Shown here: one piece after another, positions 38,628 to 47,184 of the stretch
Layout: each line of letters begins with the position of its first letter
Position numbering within the stretch: position 1 is the first letter of the stretch
Assembly (NCBI GenBank): GCA_049596955.1
Contig: JBMYMD010000002.1
Location: 7,107 to 71,106, forward strand
DNA: 64,000 nt
Source: Flavobacteriaceae bacterium
Lineage (GTDB): Bacteria; Bacteroidota; Bacteroidia; Flavobacteriales; Flavobacteriaceae
Direction of reading: 5' to 3'
Position numbers and translations under genes: made by a program
The notes under the pieces: model-generated
Database searches by the model: none
What the model was told of the DNA's origin: nothing
Seen by the model: the letters and a program-made list of their open reading frames with translations, nothing else

Positions 38628-39752
38628 ATGAGATACTATATCATTTCTGGAGAAGCTTCTGGTGATTTACACGGGTCAAATTTGGTCAAGCGTATCCGAA
38701 CACTTGATTCAGAGGCTGAAATTCGATGTTTTGGCGGTGATTTAATGCAAAAGGCTGGAGCTGAATTGGCAAGACATTACAAACAAATGTCGTTTATGGG
38801 TTTTATTGAAGTTCTATTTAACCTTCGTAAAATCTTTAATAATCTCAAATACTGCAAAAGAGACATTACAGCCTTTAAACCAGACGCTTTAATTTTCATT
38901 GACTTTTCTGGATTTAATTTGAGAATTGCCAAATGGGCAAAAACACAAAATTTAAAAACCCATTACTATATCACTCCTCAAATTTGGGCTTCTCGAGAAA
39001 ATCGAATTTCCAAAATAAAAAGTACAATTGATCACCTCTATGTGATTTTGCCTTTCGAACCTGACTTTTATCAAAAACACAGTGTTAAAGTCAACTTTGT
39101 GGGACATCCGTTAATTGATGCGATTCATGAATACAGCAGCGTAAAAAAGGTGAAAGAAGACCTCAATAAACCCTTGATTGTATTACTACCAGGAAGCAGA
39201 AAACAAGAAATTAAGAGAATGCTACCTGTAATGTCTTCTGTATGCAACGCCCCAGAACAGTACCAATATATTATTGCTGGCGCATCGCATATCGATCAAG
39301 GATTTTACGAATCAAATTTGAAAAAGCCTATTGAAGTAAGGTATAATCAAACATATGATTTGCTTTCTCAAGCGCATGCAGCTCTTGTTACCTCAGGAAC
39401 AGCTACTCTTGAAACTGCCTTGTTCAAAGTTCCCCAAGTGGTCTGCTATAAGGCCAATACACTAACCTATTTTATCGCCAAACAAATTATTGATTTGAAA
39501 TACATTTCACTAGTGAATATTATTTTAGATCGACCCGCTGTAACGGAACTCATTCAAAATGATTTAACCACACCACATTTGAGTCAAGCATTAGAAGCTA
39601 TTTTAGATACCACAAAAAGAACCCAGTTAAGAGACGATTATACAGAACTTGAACAACTTTTAGGCAGTAAAGGTGCAAGTGAAAGGGCGGCAAAACTAAT
39701 TATTGAAAAGACAGAGCAACAATTTAATTCTTCTGCTAGTCTTTCAGATTAG
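38628..39752 (+). CDS. lpxB: lipid-A-disaccharide synthase
   Basis: YYIISGEASGDLHGSNL, ITPQIWASRENR, LLPGSRKQEI and TSGTATLETALF. Confidence 0.93.
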   Translation: MRYYIISGEASGDLHGSNLVKRIRTLDSEAEIRCFGGDLMQKAGAELARHYKQMSFMGFIEVLFNLRKIFNNLKYCKRDITAFKPDALIFIDFSGFNLRIAKWAKTQNLKTHYYITPQIWASRENRISKIKSTIDHLYVILPFEPDFYQKHSVKVNFVGHPLIDAIHEYSSVKKVKEDLNKPLIVLLPGSRKQEIKRMLPVMSSVCNAPEQYQYIIAGASHIDQGFYESNLKKPIEVRYNQTYDLLSQAHAALVTSGTATLETALFKVPQVVCYKANTLTYFIAKQIIDLKYISLVNIILDRPAVTELIQNDLTTPHLSQALEAILDTTKRTQLRDDYTELEQLLGSKGASERAAKLIIEKTEQQFNSSASLSD

Positions 39753-41223
39753 TGGAATTCTAATTGCACATTATTATCCTTTTGCCATACCTAATTTGCT
39801 GTTTGCATTTTGCGTTTTTATATTGAGTTTTTACCTCTTTCCAGAACTTTTTTGGATGGCTTTTGGATTTTTTGTCGTGGCGTTGAGTGCACATCACACC
39901 ATAGATTCCCATCCTAAAGAAATAGCCCATACCTCTGAACAGTGGCGTGTTTTTTTTATTGAAGAAGAGCAGAAGAAAACAGCAAAATTCTACAAATACC
40001 AAGCGATATTTGAACAACATCAAATCGTGCTGTTCTCAAAAATACCACTTGTTAAAAATGCCTTTTATTTGGTAAAAAGCCACTTGAGTGAAATTGAAAA
40101 TTTCAGTTCAACTTTCGATTATAAAACCCATTTAGCCAAAAAGGGAATTCGTTATCAATCGTGGATCACCACAGCTCATTATCTCTACAGTTCAAAAAAA
40201 TTAAAATCTAGAGTGAAAAGTAAGCTGCAAACGATATGGAAAAATCATTTGCCCGAGCATTTATACGGCTTTACCCAAACCCTACTTTTAGGAGATAAAA
40301 AAGATTTAGATCCTTTAGTGTTAAGCAAATTTCAAAATGCCGGAATCGCCCATATGCTGGCAATATCTGGAATGCATATCGGATTGCTTTTTATAATGCT
40401 CGAGCGAATCACCTTGTGGTTCAATAAAGAGATACAATTGATTCTACCCTTATCAATTCTATGGTCTTATGCAGCGCTTCTAGGATTTTCACCTTCAGCG
40501 AGTCGTGCAGTATTGGGCATAAGTATTTGGCTTTTTCTAAAACACATACACAAATGGACCTCTTCTATTCATATTCTATTGCTCACAGCCTTTGGCAGTT
40601 TATGTTTTAACCCTTATCTGATTTTTGATGTCGGTTTTCAATTTTCATATAGCGCTGTATTGAGCATCTTACTTTTTTATCCGCTGTTAAACAAAAGGGT
40701 GTTATTCGAAAACAGAATTCTTAAAAATATAGCTCAAATAGTACTCATCAGTTTTTGTGCCCAACTAGGTGTGTTGCCCTTAAGTCTGTACTACTTTCAT
40801 TTGTTTCCTTCGCTCTTTTTAGTGAGTAATCTCTTAACATCACCTCTATTTCCCATCGTTCTTTTCACAGCAATAGGAGTGAGCATCTTTCCTTGCCTAG
40901 CAAACCTTTATATACATAGTGTAGAACTTTTGTTTCAAATTGTAAACTGGTTTGACAGTCAATGTTGGATTTACTTTTACGTTTTTCAAGTCTCAAAATT
41001 GCATGTTTTAGGTATGTATATCATTGCTTATCAAGCCTATCTCTATCTTCTTTTTCAGTCAAAAAACGAAATACACAGTCTTTATATTCCCAAAAAAATA
41101 GGTCCTTGGTACCAGTATTTTTATTTGAAATGCAAACAAAAACCCCTCCTATACATTGTAAGAGGGGCTATAACTCTTTTGATTACTGTACTGTTTAGTG
41201 AACCTCTCCCATTAATTTATTGA
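39703..41223 (+). CDS. ComEC/Rec2-family membrane protein (DUF4131 plus competence domain, no metallo-beta-lactamase domain)
   Basis: Polytopic protein with the blocks LLLGDKKDL, FQNAGIAHMLAISGMHIG and GFQFSYSAV. The only plausible start is the TTG at 39703, 50 nt inside lpxB. The exact start is uncertain. Confidence 0.75.
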   Translation: MKRQSNNLILLLVFQISGILIAHYYPFAIPNLLFAFCVFILSFYLFPELFWMAFGFFVVALSAHHTIDSHPKEIAHTSEQWRVFFIEEEQKKTAKFYKYQAIFEQHQIVLFSKIPLVKNAFYLVKSHLSEIENFSSTFDYKTHLAKKGIRYQSWITTAHYLYSSKKLKSRVKSKLQTIWKNHLPEHLYGFTQTLLLGDKKDLDPLVLSKFQNAGIAHMLAISGMHIGLLFIMLERITLWFNKEIQLILPLSILWSYAALLGFSPSASRAVLGISIWLFLKHIHKWTSSIHILLLTAFGSLCFNPYLIFDVGFQFSYSAVLSILLFYPLLNKRVLFENRILKNIAQIVLISFCAQLGVLPLSLYYFHLFPSLFLVSNLLTSPLFPIVLFTAIGVSIFPCLANLYIHSVELLFQIVNWFDSQCWIYFYVFQVSKLHVLGMYIIAYQAYLYLLFQSKNEIHSLYIPKKIGPWYQYFYLKCKQKPLLYIVRGAITLLITVLFSEPLPLIY

Positions 41224-42700
41224 TAATTGGAGCGCAAATTAACACTAATGCACCTGCTGCGAGTGAATAAATCGCAATAAGCTCAAAGCCTTCTGTATAT
41301 ACCGATAGGGTCTCAAAACCTCCAACTTGAGCATCTGAACTTTCAATCGCTAATTTTTTTCCGATAAAACCGACAACCTGAAATGCAAATGCAGAAGATA
41401 AGAACCATACCCCCATAACAAAGGCGACAATTCTTTTTGGCGATAGATCTGTAATTTTAGAAAGACCCACAGGTGACATAAATAATTCACCTACAGAAAT
41501 CAAGAAATACATAATGAATAGATAGCTAAATGGAACTAAACCTTCCTCATTAGCACTGGCATCAGATATAGATAAAATGTAAAAACTCAATCCTGCAAAC
41601 AACAATCCCATTCCAAATTTGTAAGGGGTTCGTGGATTTTTACCTCGCTTAGCAAGTCGAGTCCACATCATAGAAATCGGTATAGCCAAAAGAATGATAA
41701 ACATCGAATTCAATGAGTTCGTTTGTGCAGCCGTCATGATGGTCAAATCGACATTACGCGCAGAGAAAAGGGTGATTACACTTCCAGATAGTTCGTGAAA
41801 GCCCCAGAATACTGTCATAAACAAGGTGATTAATATGGCTACAAAGAGTTTTTTACGCTCTTCAGCAGTAACTTGATACAGGATGTAAGCCAGGTAGACC
41901 AAAATAAATATCCCTATACCTTTAAAAATGATATTGACCAGGTTTTGATCGTCATAAATCGGTTGGTAAGACGATAAAAGCAAAGCGATAACAGGAGCCG
42001 CAAGAAAGGCTAGAATGGTTACCCAATTTCCGCGTTTCACCCCTGCAAATTTGGCATCAACCACGGCTTGATCTGGGGCCTGTCCTTTATCTCCAAATAC
42101 ACCCTTTCGAATTCCACTCCAGAAAAATAACAGACCTACAAGCATTCCGATTCCAGCTAGCCCAAAACCATAGTGCCAACCATAAGTAGCAGCTAACCAG
42201 CCGCAAAGAAGCGGTGCAGCCCATCCTCCAATATTAATACCCATATAAAAAATGGTAAATCCAGATTCTTTTCGAGGATCTCCATCCTTATACAAGGTTC
42301 CTACAAATGTTGAAATATTGGGTTTAAAAAACCCATTTCCAACGATTATAAAAGAGAGCGCCAGAAAAAAGGCTACATTATTTTCAATCGCCAAAACAAA
42401 GTGACCAATGGCCATTAAAATTCCTCCTAAAAAAATAGATTTTCGCATTCCGATTAGAGAATCAGAGATACGACCTCCAATCACTGTTGAAGCATAAACC
42501 AAAGATCCATAAGAAGAGTAGACCGCAGCAGTTGCAAAGTCTCTCTCTACGAGAGCTTCAAAAATAACGTTAACCATGTAAAGCGAGAGCAATGCTCGCA
42601 TTCCATAGAAACTAAATCGTTCCCATAATTCTGCAAAAAACAGATAAAACAATCCCTGAGGATGTCCTAAAATTTGTCGTTCTTGGTGAGGTGTGTCCAT
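41195..42700 (-). CDS. proton-dependent oligopeptide transporter (POT/PTR2 family MFS)
   Basis: GHPQGLFYLFFAELWERFSFYGMRALL is the ExxERFxYY signature. About 14 TM helices. Confidence 0.9.
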   Translation of the reverse strand: MDTPHQERQILGHPQGLFYLFFAELWERFSFYGMRALLSLYMVNVIFEALVERDFATAAVYSSYGSLVYASTVIGGRISDSLIGMRKSIFLGGILMAIGHFVLAIENNVAFFLALSFIIVGNGFFKPNISTFVGTLYKDGDPRKESGFTIFYMGINIGGWAAPLLCGWLAATYGWHYGFGLAGIGMLVGLLFFWSGIRKGVFGDKGQAPDQAVVDAKFAGVKRGNWVTILAFLAAPVIALLLSSYQPIYDDQNLVNIIFKGIGIFILVYLAYILYQVTAEERKKLFVAILITLFMTVFWGFHELSGSVITLFSARNVDLTIMTAAQTNSLNSMFIILLAIPISMMWTRLAKRGKNPRTPYKFGMGLLFAGLSFYILSISDASANEEGLVPFSYLFIMYFLISVGELFMSPVGLSKITDLSPKRIVAFVMGVWFLSSAFAFQVVGFIGKKLAIESSDAQVGGFETLSVYTEGFELIAIYSLAAGALVLICAPIINKLMGEVH

Positions 42701-42705
42701 AAGTT

Positions 42706-44859
42706 TTATAAGTTGTCTTTAATAAAGCTAGTCATTTTATTATAGAGGTGTAATCTTGTATTACCCCCGTATATACCGTGATTGCGGTCCGGGTAAATGG
42801 CCCAATCAAAAGGTTTATTCGCCTGAATAAGAGCGTCTATCATTCGCATTGAATTTTGCACATGTACGTTGTCGTCTCCACTACCGTGAACAAGCAAGTA
42901 TTTTCCTTTTAAGAGTTCTGGATAATTAAATGGAGATTCATTGTCATATCCTTCTGGATTCTCTTCAGGCGTTCTTAAAAAACGTTCAGTATAAATGGTA
43001 TCGTAGAATCTCCAGCTCGTTACAGGAGCAACGGCAATGGCTACCTCAAAAGTGTCATTTCCTTTGAGTATAGCATTGGTAGACATATGACCTCCAAAGC
43101 TCCAGCCCCAAATTCCGGTGCGCTGTTCATCGATATACGAGCGTTGACTCAATATTTTCGCAGCCTCAATTTGATCTTCCGTTTCGTATTTTACTAAATT
43201 CAAGTAGGTGCTCTTTTTAAAGTCTCTTCCTTTAAATCCAGTACCTCTTCCGTCAACACAAGCAATTATATATCCTTGTTGAGCCAACATTTGGTGCCAA
43301 TAATCATTGGTTCCATTCCATCGGTCACCTACCTGTTGAGAACCTGGTCCGCTGTATTGAAACATCAAAAGAGGATAGGTTTTAGAAGCATCAAAATCAA
43401 GCGGTTTAATCATGTACATATTCAAATCGTGGTCTCCGACGCGAAGCGTAGAAAATTCTTTTGGAGACATCGCAAAGTCAGCAACGCGATTTTTTAGCGC
43501 CTTGTTGTCTTTTAGCATCATCATCTGCATTCCATTTCGAGCTAAGTGCAATGTAAATTGATAAGGCGTATTTGCCGAATGGTGGGTGTTTATGAAGTAG
43601 TAAAATTGTTTGCTAAACTGAGCGCTATTTGTTCCAGACTCTGGAGTGAGCAAGGTTTTGCGTTTTCCTTTCGCATTGATACTGTAGACGTGACGCTGGG
43701 TTGAGCCTTGCTCTGTCGATTGATAGAAAATTCGATCTCGCTTGGCATCATAGCCGTAATATGCTGTAACCTCCCAATTGCCCGTAGTAATTTGTCGTTT
43801 TAGTGTACCGTCAGAATTGTAGAGATAGAGGTGGTTAAATCCGTCTCGCTCAGAAGTCCATATAAAATCGTCATCATCCAAAAAGGTCAAATTATCATGA
43901 ATGTCAACATAAGCATCGTCTTGCTCTTCAAAAAACAAATCCACCGAATTGTTTGTTGTATTCACTTGAAACATCTTGAGGTGGTTTTGATGTCTATTCA
44001 AGGTTTGCACAGTGAGTAACTCAGGCGCATTCATCCATTTTATTCGGGGAATGTAATCAACCTCAGGAAGTTTGACTTTGGCGTGGGAATTCTGATTGAC
44101 ATCGAAGAGGTGCAAACTCAACTCTGCATTTTTCTCGCCAGCCTTTGGATACTTAAAGGTGTATGGATATTGATAAAGATCTTTACCGTAAATGTCCATT
44201 GAAAACATGGGGACCTCAGATTCATCGAATTTTAAATAGGCAATATGCGAGCCTGACGAGTTCCATTCAAAAGCTCTAACGATAGAAAACTCCTCCTCAT
44301 ACACCCAATCTGATAATCCATTGATGATTTTACCTTTTTCGCCATCTGAGGTAATTTGAATACGTGCATTATTTTCAATATCAAAAATGTAAATATTGTT
44401 GTCCTTGACATAAGCCACCTTATCTCCATTTGGAGAAAATGCCGGAGATTGAATAGGGTCGTTGTCTACGGCAACTAAAGACTTCCCGTCTAAGGTATAG
44501 ACATAGTATACTCCAATTCGAGACCTTCTAAAAATGGGTCTTATTTTGGTTCCAATAAGTATTTTGCTTTCGTCATCACTAAAGGCATAAGTGCTAAAAT
44601 CAGGGATTTCTTCGTCTCCAGAAGTAAGTACCACTCCTTTTTTGGTCATCCCCTTATATTCGTACTGCACAATTTCTGAATCTCCCTCGTTGAATTCAAT
44701 AACGGTATAATCGTAGCCGTTATTCATCGATCGAAGTGAGGCTATGGATTCGGTTCTAAAAGTTCCATTAGACCAAATATCTTCGAGTGTAATTTGCTTT
44801 TGTTGTGCGCTTAAGACCAAGCTTAAACTCAAAAGCGCAGTTAACATTAGTTGTTTCAT
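42706..44859 (-). CDS. S9B family dipeptidyl-peptidase IV
   Basis: Signal peptide, a beta-propeller N-domain (DWVYEEEF), and the catalytic triad context GIWGWSFGG ... GSGDDNVH. Confidence 0.9.
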   Translation of the reverse strand: MKQLMLTALLSLSLVLSAQQKQITLEDIWSNGTFRTESIASLRSMNNGYDYTVIEFNEGDSEIVQYEYKGMTKKGVVLTSGDEEIPDFSTYAFSDDESKILIGTKIRPIFRRSRIGVYYVYTLDGKSLVAVDNDPIQSPAFSPNGDKVAYVKDNNIYIFDIENNARIQITSDGEKGKIINGLSDWVYEEEFSIVRAFEWNSSGSHIAYLKFDESEVPMFSMDIYGKDLYQYPYTFKYPKAGEKNAELSLHLFDVNQNSHAKVKLPEVDYIPRIKWMNAPELLTVQTLNRHQNHLKMFQVNTTNNSVDLFFEEQDDAYVDIHDNLTFLDDDDFIWTSERDGFNHLYLYNSDGTLKRQITTGNWEVTAYYGYDAKRDRIFYQSTEQGSTQRHVYSINAKGKRKTLLTPESGTNSAQFSKQFYYFINTHHSANTPYQFTLHLARNGMQMMMLKDNKALKNRVADFAMSPKEFSTLRVGDHDLNMYMIKPLDFDASKTYPLLMFQYSGPGSQQVGDRWNGTNDYWHQMLAQQGYIIACVDGRGTGFKGRDFKKSTYLNLVKYETEDQIEAAKILSQRSYIDEQRTGIWGWSFGGHMSTNAILKGNDTFEVAIAVAPVTSWRFYDTIYTERFLRTPEENPEGYDNESPFNYPELLKGKYLLVHGSGDDNVHVQNSMRMIDALIQANKPFDWAIYPDRNHGIYGGNTRLHLYNKMTSFIKDNL

Positions 44860-44923
44860 TGATATGAATTTAGAATTTCAAGTTTACTAATTATTATTCA
44901 GAATTTAAATTCTTATTGAATTG

Positions 44924-44931
44924 TATATTTG
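44924..44931 (+). promoter_or_regulatory. candidate -7 promoter box (TAtaTTTG) for the HMG-CoA reductase gene
   Basis: Exact TAnnTTTG match, 19 nt upstream of the ATG at 44951. Confidence 0.4.
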
Positions 44932-44950
44932 AGTAAATAACTTAATTGCT

Positions 44951-46258
44951 ATGAAAAATGTCATTTCTGGTTTTTCAAAGCTCACAAAAGAGCAGAAAAT
45001 AGACTGGTTGTGCGACTATTATTCCAACAATCCAGAAGAAACGAAATCTCTGCTCAATCGCTACAATAACAGCGATCCAGACGTACAAAAAATTCACGAC
45101 GAATTCATTGAAAATACCCTGAGCAATTATTACATGCCATTTGCCATTGCTCCGAATTTTTTAATTGACCAGAAAGTACATGCCATTCCAATGGCTATTG
45201 AAGAAAGTTCTGTAGTCGCAGCGGCATCGAAAGCCGCAAAATTTTGGTTAAACAGAGGCGGCTTTAAAACAGAAGTGATTCAAACCGAAAAAGTAGGCCA
45301 AATTCATTTGACCTATTCTGATAATCCATTGAAGCTCAAAGATTTCTTTGAATCTCATAGACATGAACTTTTAGAAAGTACTGCGGAAATTACCAAAAAC
45401 ATGCAGGCTCGAGGAGGTGGGATTCTCGACATGAAACTCGTAGATAAAACAGCTCAACTCGAGGGCTATTTTCAAATACATATGTGCTTTGAAACCTTAG
45501 ACGCCATGGGTGCAAATTTCATCAATTCATGTTTAGAACAAGTTGCCAAGACCTTTGAAACTCTAGTGGAACAACAAAGCTCTTTCGAGAGTCACAAACC
45601 CAAGGTAGTCATGAGTATCTTGAGTAATTACGTTCCTAACTGCCTTGTTAGAGCAGAGGTGAGTTGCCCAATCGAAGAGCTCACAGAAAATGATATAGAT
45701 GGCCAAGAGTTTGCAGAAAATTTTCTTACAGCCTTACAAATCGCCCATGCCGAACCCTATAGAGCCGTAACACACAATAAAGGCATTATGAATGGTATTG
45801 ATGCCGTGGTAATCGCCACCGGAAATGATTTTAGAGCTGTGGAGGCAGGAGTTCACGCATATGCCGCTAAAAATGGTAGTTATCAGAGCCTTACTCATGC
45901 TAAAATTGAGAAAGGTAATTTTCATTTTTGGATTGAACTTCCTCTAGCCCTAGGCACTGTGGGAGGACTAACCAAATTACACCCTTTGGTTCGCTTAGCA
46001 CTGGGAGTTTTAGGTAATCCAAACGCTAAAGAACTAATGAAGATTACAGCGGTAGCAGGACTAGCTCAAAATTTCGCTGCCGTAAAGTCACTCGTTACTA
46101 CTGGTATTCAAAAAGGTCATATGAAAATGCATTTATTGAATATACTCAATGGATTTGGAGCGACAACAGAAGAAAAAAATAAGCTTGTTGTACACTTTAA
46201 AAATGAAACGGTGAGTAATGCAGCCGTGCAAAAAGCCTTAGAAGAACTCAGAAAATGA
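44951..46258 (+). CDS. class II hydroxymethylglutaryl-CoA reductase
   Basis: IPMAIEESSVVAAAS, DAMGANFINS, VTHNKGIMNGIDAVVIATGND and GTVGG. Confidence 0.9.
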   Translation: MKNVISGFSKLTKEQKIDWLCDYYSNNPEETKSLLNRYNNSDPDVQKIHDEFIENTLSNYYMPFAIAPNFLIDQKVHAIPMAIEESSVVAAASKAAKFWLNRGGFKTEVIQTEKVGQIHLTYSDNPLKLKDFFESHRHELLESTAEITKNMQARGGGILDMKLVDKTAQLEGYFQIHMCFETLDAMGANFINSCLEQVAKTFETLVEQQSSFESHKPKVVMSILSNYVPNCLVRAEVSCPIEELTENDIDGQEFAENFLTALQIAHAEPYRAVTHNKGIMNGIDAVVIATGNDFRAVEAGVHAYAAKNGSYQSLTHAKIEKGNFHFWIELPLALGTVGGLTKLHPLVRLALGVLGNPNAKELMKITAVAGLAQNFAAVKSLVTTGIQKGHMKMHLLNILNGFGATTEEKNKLVVHFKNETVSNAAVQKALEELRK

Positions 46259-47184
46259 AGCAAAGCTATCGCGCCAATGGAAAACTTTTAATCAGCGGAG
46301 AATACGCTGTTTTAGACGGTGCACTAGCCTTAGCCGTACCTTGTAAACAAGGGCAAAAAATAGAAGTTTCAACTGAAAAAACCTTCAAAGAACAGATACA
46401 CTGGCGCTCTTATTTGGAAGATGGAAGTTTATGGTACGAAGATGTTTTTTCACTTTTAAATTTTGAGCCATTAAACCAAAATAATCCCGTCTCAAAAACA
46501 CTCGAAACACTTTTAAAACAAGCGAGAAAACTCAATACCAACTTTCTTGTAAACGGAAATCAAGATATTCGAGTTCAGACTTACCTAGAATTCCCTAGAC
46601 TTTGGGGGTTCGGTTCTTCGTCAACACTGATCAGCTGCATTGCGCAATGGGCAAAAGTAAATCCCTTTGAACTCTTACATACAGGATTCGGAGGCAGTGG
46701 TTACGATGTAGCTTGCGCAACAGCAGCAGGGCCTATTCTATATCAAAAAACATCTCCCTCAAAGCCCTACATTGAAGAAATTGCTTTTCGACCCTCGTTT
46801 ATAGAGGAGCTTGGTTGTGTTTACCTCAACCAAAAAAAAAGCAGTAAAGAGGCTATAGCTGCCTACAACAAAATAGCGCAGTCAGAGTCACTGATCAGTA
46901 AAGTCAGTTCATTGAGTAAAGCCATTGCAGAGGCCCAAGAGTTAGATGAATTTGAATCGCTGCTCTTAGAACATGAAAAATTACTGGCAGGCCATCTCAA
47001 TGTTCCGACAATTCAAGAAAGTCTATTCGATGATTTTTCTAAGGATAGTGGGCAAATTAAAAGCTTAGGAGCTTGGGGAGGAGACTTTATTTTAGTAACT
47101 CAAATTGAAAAAAATATCCCCTACTTTAAAAGCAAGGGATATGAAACTATTTTAAAATTATCTGACCTGATACCTACTTCTTAA
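46255..47184 (+). CDS. GYDIA-family GHMP kinase (mevalonate-pathway kinase candidate)
   Basis: GKLLISGEYAVLDGA, GFGSSSTL (GHMP motif II) and GGSGYDVA (the family-name motif). It has an ATGA overlap with the HMG-CoA reductase gene. Confidence 0.8.
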   Translation: MKQSYRANGKLLISGEYAVLDGALALAVPCKQGQKIEVSTEKTFKEQIHWRSYLEDGSLWYEDVFSLLNFEPLNQNNPVSKTLETLLKQARKLNTNFLVNGNQDIRVQTYLEFPRLWGFGSSSTLISCIAQWAKVNPFELLHTGFGGSGYDVACATAAGPILYQKTSPSKPYIEEIAFRPSFIEELGCVYLNQKKSSKEAIAAYNKIAQSESLISKVSSLSKAIAEAQELDEFESLLLEHEKLLAGHLNVPTIQESLFDDFSKDSGQIKSLGAWGGDFILVTQIEKNIPYFKSKGYETILKLSDLIPTS

